This document shows, piece after piece, positions 27,629 to 32,000 of a DNA stretch of 32,000 nucleotides (its first letter is position 1; every line of letters begins with the position of its first letter). The translations under genes and the position numbers were made by a program. Origin of the DNA: Vibrio vulnificus CMCP6. Lineage in GTDB: Bacteria > Pseudomonadota > Gammaproteobacteria > Enterobacterales > Vibrionaceae. The notes under the pieces were generated by a model, which saw only the letters and a program-made list of their open reading frames with translations, was not told the DNA's origin and made no database searches. The stretch lies in NCBI RefSeq assembly GCF_000039765.1, contig NC_004460.2, forward strand, positions 270,001 through 302,000, given 5' to 3'.

Positions 27629-27801
27629 CTTTGCCGAGTCGTTGAGGCATCTGAGTTAGCGAAGAGGGGTTATTCACAAATCAAATTTATTTAAGAATCA
27701 ACATAATCTCGTCAAGCTTTTTTTGCGAAAAATCTTTTGTCTTCGTCGCTAAAAAATAAAGCGAATAAAAAAGCGCCAACTGCCAGTAACCTCAGGGAAT
27801 T

Positions 27802-27817
27802 TGTGATTTTATTCACG
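27802..27817. promoter_or_regulatory. Candidate CRP binding site
   Basis: TGTGA-TTTTAT-TCACG matches the TGTGA-N6-TCACA consensus at 9 of 10 core positions; about 58 bp upstream of the FAD oxidoreductase ATG. Confidence 0.45.
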
Positions 27818-27834
27818 CTCGAACAGGGGTAGAA

Positions 27835-27846
27835 TCTGACGTCAGA
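27835..27846. promoter_or_regulatory. Operator-like perfect palindrome TCTGACGTCAGA
   Basis: 12-bp perfect palindrome 21 bp upstream of the start at 27868, flanked by GAA…(A)TTC. Confidence 0.4.
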
Positions 27847-27867
27847 ATTCATAGTGATAGTTTATAA

Positions 27868-29313
27868 ATGAATAAGTTAAATACGCCTAATTGCGATACC
27901 CATATCGCAGTCGTCGGTGGTGGTGTAGCGGGTGCTACAGCGGCAATACACTTTTCTGAACTCGGCTATAAAGTCACGTTGCTCGAAAAAGGGCCATCGT
28001 TGGTTAATGGTCCACCTATCTGCCATTTGCACGCAGGTGGTAATTTGTATCGTGAAATTTCGACCGAACAATGTATTGAACTGCTCAGGCAGTCCATCGA
28101 AAGCGTAAGACTTTTTCCTCATAGCATCAATATTCGTCCTACGGTCATTGCGATTCCGCATTCTGATGACGGCGAGCCAAACGATCTTCTTCCTCGTTTG
28201 GCAGCGGTCGCCACCGAATACAAAGCTCTTGTCGAGCAAGATTGCCGTAACCAAGTACTTGGTAAGCCTGAAGACTATTACAAACTCTACTCACGCGATC
28301 AATTGGCAGCATTAGCGTCAATGACTCAACCAAAGAATCCCCGTTCGATGGATGAATGGATGATTCCGTTTGCAAAACACGCAGACTTAAACAGTCTCAA
28401 GTATCCCGTGGTTATGGTGCAAGAGTACGGGTGGAGTGTCTTTAGGTTGTCAGCAATTGCAAGTCTAGCTCTCGACAAGTTTCCTGCAACCGAGGTGCGA
28501 TGCAATAGCGAGTTGCAGACATGTCAATGGGACGGCAAACAGTGGCAACTGACTTTATCCAATACATCTCAGCCGCTTACAGTTGACTACTTGGTGAATG
28601 CCTGTGGATTTGAAACCGGGACGCTGGATGATCATATTGGCGTGAAAACACAACGCTTAGTGGAATTTAAGGCGGCTTATGTCACCCAATGGTCCAAGTG
28701 CAAGGAAGAATGGCCAGAAGTGATTTTTCATGGCCAAAGGGGCACGCCCCAGGGGATGGCCCAATTGACACCTTACGGCGACGGTTATTTTCAGTTGCAT
28801 GGCATGACGCAAGACATCACCTTGTTTAAAGACGGTTTAGTCAGCAGTGAAGAAGGCTCATCTCAACCTCGTTTGCCACTGCAATATGTGAAAAAAATTC
28901 AACAAGGCTGGAATAAAGAGATTCTCATCTCGCGAACCCAAGGTGCGATTGAACACATGAGCCAATTTGTACCTATATTTTCTGACGCACAAGCCGCTGG
29001 CAAGGCCTTGTTTGGTGCTCAGCAAATCCCAGGTAATGACGTCACTCTACGAGCTGCAGATGTCTCGTTTTCAGCAAACAACTATGCGTGCATAGAGATA
29101 GTGAAAGCATCGTCAACGTTACAGGCAGCGCAGAAAACCGCGCAACATTGGTTTGGCGTAACACCGTCATTTGATATTGAGGGGCAACACCCAGTAACGC
29201 TGACATTGAGTCCACAAGAGATTGAAGAGAAAGCAATTGAACTGGCTCAATTACGTGGTTATCCCGTCGCTCTTGCGAAAACGACGGGAGAAGGGCTTTA
29301 TAAAAACCTGTAA
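27868..29313 (+). CDS. FAD-dependent oxidoreductase (DAO/NAD(P)-binding Rossmann)
   Basis: N-terminal dinucleotide fold HIAVVGGGVAGATAAIHFSELGYKVTLLEKGPS, followed by YLVNACGFETG. Confidence 0.88.
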   Translation: MNKLNTPNCDTHIAVVGGGVAGATAAIHFSELGYKVTLLEKGPSLVNGPPICHLHAGGNLYREISTEQCIELLRQSIESVRLFPHSINIRPTVIAIPHSDDGEPNDLLPRLAAVATEYKALVEQDCRNQVLGKPEDYYKLYSRDQLAALASMTQPKNPRSMDEWMIPFAKHADLNSLKYPVVMVQEYGWSVFRLSAIASLALDKFPATEVRCNSELQTCQWDGKQWQLTLSNTSQPLTVDYLVNACGFETGTLDDHIGVKTQRLVEFKAAYVTQWSKCKEEWPEVIFHGQRGTPQGMAQLTPYGDGYFQLHGMTQDITLFKDGLVSSEEGSSQPRLPLQYVKKIQQGWNKEILISRTQGAIEHMSQFVPIFSDAQAAGKALFGAQQIPGNDVTLRAADVSFSANNYACIEIVKASSTLQAAQKTAQHWFGVTPSFDIEGQHPVTLTLSPQEIEEKAIELAQLRGYPVALAKTTGEGLYKNL

Positions 29314-29326
29314 CTTAGAGGCCAGA

Positions 29327-30262
29327 TTAATAGCCAAAAAATCTGGCCCATTGGCACCAAACGTCTTGTAAGCCTTCACGATCACCTTTAATAAAACGGA
29401 CTTCCTGACCCGGTTTGGCTTGAGCCAAACGTGGAAGATCAATACGAGCTACACAGCCAATTTTCGGATAGCCCCCAATGGTTTGATGATCGTTCAACAA
29501 GATGATTGGGTGCCCATTGGGGGGAATTTGAATCGCGCCCAAAGTAATACCTTCAGACAAAATCCCGCTGTAGGGCGGCGTAATTTTCCCATCAGCCAAT
29601 CGGTAGCCCATTCGGTTGGAATTTGTGTCCACTTCAAATCGGGTTTGATACAAACGTTCTCGCTCATGATCATCAAAATCATCTACTTGGAACCCTTCAA
29701 TCACTCTAAGCTTAAGAGGCAAGTTGTAATCCGGTTTAAAACGAAAGGTGAGTGCGCGAGATTTTTGTGTTGGCAGTACATGGGGATTGAACGCTAAGTA
29801 ATCGTCCGCTTTGAGCGCTTCACCATTGGCCGACAAACCACCAAGGTGATCGCGAATGACTGTACTGCTACTGCCAAGATGGGGGGCAACATCAAAGCCG
29901 CCTTTGACAGAAAGGTAACTTCTTAGGCCGTTTCTGGGTAAGCCAAACGTCAGAATTTCCCCTTTACGTGCAATGAAGTCGCTCCAATTGTTAAGCGGCT
30001 TGCCATTTAACGTGGCTGACAAATCGCCTCCGCAAATTGCCAAATGGCAATCACTCATCACTTCAAACGCAGTCTGGCCAAAGGTGATTTCGACGGAGCT
30101 ACAATTGACCGAGTTACCGAGCAAATAATTTGACCAACTGTAAGCGTAATCATCCACCGGGCCACCTTGTGTCACGCCAGAATGCGCTAAGCCAAAACGG
30201 CCAAAGTCTTGAATTAAACTTAGTGGGCCAGCTTTAATGACTCTTAATCCTGTTTCGCTCAT
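29327..30262 (-). CDS. pxpC: 5-oxoprolinase subunit PxpC (biotin-dependent carboxyltransferase-like)
   Basis: GPLSLIQDFGRFGLAHSGVTQGGPVDDYAYSWSNYLLGN…GRPSSDHQTIGGYPKI-like segment (ILLNDHQTIGGYPKIGCV); adjacent to pxpB and pxpA; GGAGGGA upstream. Confidence 0.93.
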   Translation of the reverse strand: MSETGLRVIKAGPLSLIQDFGRFGLAHSGVTQGGPVDDYAYSWSNYLLGNSVNCSSVEITFGQTAFEVMSDCHLAICGGDLSATLNGKPLNNWSDFIARKGEILTFGLPRNGLRSYLSVKGGFDVAPHLGSSSTVIRDHLGGLSANGEALKADDYLAFNPHVLPTQKSRALTFRFKPDYNLPLKLRVIEGFQVDDFDDHERERLYQTRFEVDTNSNRMGYRLADGKITPPYSGILSEGITLGAIQIPPNGHPIILLNDHQTIGGYPKIGCVARIDLPRLAQAKPGQEVRFIKGDREGLQDVWCQWARFFGY

Positions 30263-30942
30263 AGCATCCCTCCTAAATTCAAAAATTCTTTCTCAGAGAT
30301 AGCTTTAAACGCGACAGTGTCACCAATATTAAAAGGTGTAATCGGAATATGGTTAGGTTGATAAACCTCCAGTGGCGTTCGACCAATGATGTTCCACCCG
30401 CCAGGCGTCGCGCTTGGGTAAATGGCGGTTTTGTTGTCGGCAATGGCGACGCTTCCTTTTGGCACTTGTAGACGAGGTGAGCTAAGGCGTGGAAGTGAAA
30501 TGCGCTCATCCACATCCGAGAGGAATGCAAACCCAGGTGTAAAACCAATCGCAGAGACTGAATAACAAGGAGTGGTATGCAGTGAAATTAGGTGTTCCAA
30601 GTGAACGCCTTTTTCGACAAAACGAGGCAGATCTAACGCCGTTTCTTCACTATAAAAGACTGGAATAACATGGTGTTGTGAAGAAGTGGCAACCTTTTTG
30701 TCGGCCATTTCATTCAGTAATTTTTCGATTGTTAAAATGATGGAGACTTCATCAAGTCGAAAAGGCAAATATTCCACCAGAATCGTATGATAGGCTGGGA
30801 CAACATTCATTACTGCTATTTGAAGCTGCTGACCAATGGCTCCAGCATATAAACCTATTTGTTGCTCGGAAATCGCATCATCAAAATGAAGCATCAATGC
30901 ACATTCGGCAACTGGGGAAATTGTGAACCATTTATTATTCAA
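30259..30942 (-). CDS. pxpB: 5-oxoprolinase subunit PxpB (KipI-like)
   Basis: C-terminal GFTPGFAFLSDVDERISLPRLSSPRLQVPKGSVAIADNKTAIYPSATPGGWNIIGRTP; 4-bp ATGA overlap with pxpC. Confidence 0.93.
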   Translation of the reverse strand: MNNKWFTISPVAECALMLHFDDAISEQQIGLYAGAIGQQLQIAVMNVVPAYHTILVEYLPFRLDEVSIILTIEKLLNEMADKKVATSSQHHVIPVFYSEETALDLPRFVEKGVHLEHLISLHTTPCYSVSAIGFTPGFAFLSDVDERISLPRLSSPRLQVPKGSVAIADNKTAIYPSATPGGWNIIGRTPLEVYQPNHIPITPFNIGDTVAFKAISEKEFLNLGGML

Positions 30943-30951
30943 AGTTTCTCC

Positions 30952-31710
30952 TTACATTTTGGCTATCGCTTGGCTAATTCGTTGCACTAAGGCGATGGAT
31001 TCTGGATTGTCGCCATGCACGCAAATGGTATCGGCCTCCAAAGACAATCGAGTGCCATTGGCGGTATTGACACTGCCGTATGTCGCGATTTGTAGCGCCT
31101 GATTATAAATGTCTTCGGGTTGATGATAGACCGCATTAGCTTGGCTTCGAGGCGTGAGTTTTCCGTCCTCTTGATACTGACGATCGGCGAATGCTTCGAA
31201 TAGCAAAGGAACATCATAAATGTCAGCGATATCGAGGTAATGTTGGTTGTCGCTCGTGGCAAGAATCATCAAAGGGATGCCAAAAATCGATACCGCTTCG
31301 CAAATCGCGCGAAAAATTGCTTCACTCTCCATCATATCGTTATAAAGCGCACCGTGTGGCTTTACGTAATGAAGAGGTACATCGTGGTATTGGCAAACCG
31401 CTTTTAAGGCTCCTACTTGGTAAAGCACGATCTCGCTGATTTGAGCTGGTGTATGTGGAATAGAGCGTCGACCAAACCCAACCAAATCTTGATATCCAGG
31501 ATGAGCGCCTATTTTGACCTTGTAGTGTTTTGCCAATGCGACGGTTTTCGACATCACACTCGGATCAGAAGCGTGAAACCCACAAGCGATATTGGCCATG
31601 TCAACCCAAGGCATCACTAATTCATCGGATCCCATCTTCCAATTTCCAAAGCTTTCGCCCATGTCGCAATTTAACGTTACTCTTTGCTTATTCACTATTA
31701 TTTGAACCAT
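30952..31710 (-). CDS. pxpA: 5-oxoprolinase subunit PxpA (LamB/YcsF family)
   Basis: LNCDMGESFGNWKMGSDELVMPWVDMANIACGFHASDPSVM and KVGAHPGYQD-like KIGAHPGYQDLVGFGRR. Track start 31758; MVQIIVNKQ at 31710 chosen but start is uncertain. Confidence 0.93.
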   Translation of the reverse strand: MVQIIVNKQRVTLNCDMGESFGNWKMGSDELVMPWVDMANIACGFHASDPSVMSKTVALAKHYKVKIGAHPGYQDLVGFGRRSIPHTPAQISEIVLYQVGALKAVCQYHDVPLHYVKPHGALYNDMMESEAIFRAICEAVSIFGIPLMILATSDNQHYLDIADIYDVPLLFEAFADRQYQEDGKLTPRSQANAVYHQPEDIYNQALQIATYGSVNTANGTRLSLEADTICVHGDNPESIALVQRISQAIAKM

Positions 31711-31859
31711 CCTTGCTATTAATTTACTTAAGTTGGCTGAAAACGCGCTGAATGGCAATGATCAACCTCATCCTTTATCAATTGAACCGTGGTATTAGGG
31801 GGATGTCGAAGCGTTTCGCACCTATTTGTAACCTATAGAGCAAAAGTTGATAGATATCT

Positions 31860-32000
31860 ATGAAAGCCAATTTATTGATTAATCACCTTACTCGCCATCC
31901 TAAATATCATTATTTGTTGATTTCTCGTTCATTTTTTCATTTTTACGTCGCTTTGCTCACGCTAGCATTATTGCTCTGTTTTCAAAAAGTATTTGCTTCC
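31860..32000 (+). CDS. 5' fragment of an unidentified gene, N-terminal signal/anchor-like sequence (truncated by window edge)
   Basis: Open frame from ATG 31860 to the end: MKANLLINHLTRHPKYHYLLISRSFFHFYVALLTLALLLCFQKVFAS…; hydrophobic segment ending in AS. Confidence 0.45.
   Translation, partial: MKANLLINHLTRHPKYHYLLISRSFFHFYVALLTLALLLCFQKVFAS

Noticed and set aside
27548-27817. Replication origin suggested by several DnaA-box-like motifs
   Set aside because: No dnaA, gidA/mnmG, parAB, rctB or AT-rich unwinding region is present nearby. TTATTCACG at 27809-27817 is better explained as half of a CRP-like site. The motif cluster is reported only as a possible DnaA-binding element.
1-32000. Defence island, phage, retron, toxin-antitoxin or CRISPR system
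   Set aside because: No repeats with spacers, reverse transcriptase, nuclease/helicase operon, integrase or paired small toxin/antitoxin genes could be recognised. The orphan ABC-class ATPase and the J-domain protein have ordinary chromosomal neighbours.

Overview
This 32 kb window reads as ordinary, densely packed gammaproteobacterial chromosome. It is most likely Vibrio/Vibrionaceae, judged from the VolA-like lipase next to FadL, FabV, the SgrR-like regulator and overall protein character; that assignment is inference. I found about 27 complete or near-complete protein genes, one truncated gene at the right edge, and several convincing Rho-independent terminators. I saw no tRNA or rRNA genes, transposases, integrases, phage genes or CRISPR array. 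Main gene blocks: EamA transporter; ABM-domain/arginase fusion; SnoaL-like protein; PhnA-like protein; VolA-like lipase plus FadL; M50 and M48 metallopeptidases; MenI-like thioesterase, DUF3389-like protein, SgrR-like regulator and zinc-ribbon protein; GH13 glucosidase and LysR regulator; CutA and DUF2238; 2OG-Fe(II) oxygenase; J-domain protein; GNAT; ABC-class ATPase; GAF/GGDEF-like/EAL protein; FabV; TesA divergent from a YbbA/YbbP-like ABC system; FAD oxidoreductase; and 5-oxoprolinase genes pxpA, pxpB and pxpC. I did not find a convincing undescribed multi-gene system. The most notable non-coding signal is a nested inverted repeat with DnaA-box-like sequences just after the ybbP homologue (27548-27628). 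Others are a FadR-like operator upstream of fadL, a CRP-like site plus a perfect palindrome upstream of the FAD oxidoreductase, and overlapping divergent start codons at tesA/ybbA.
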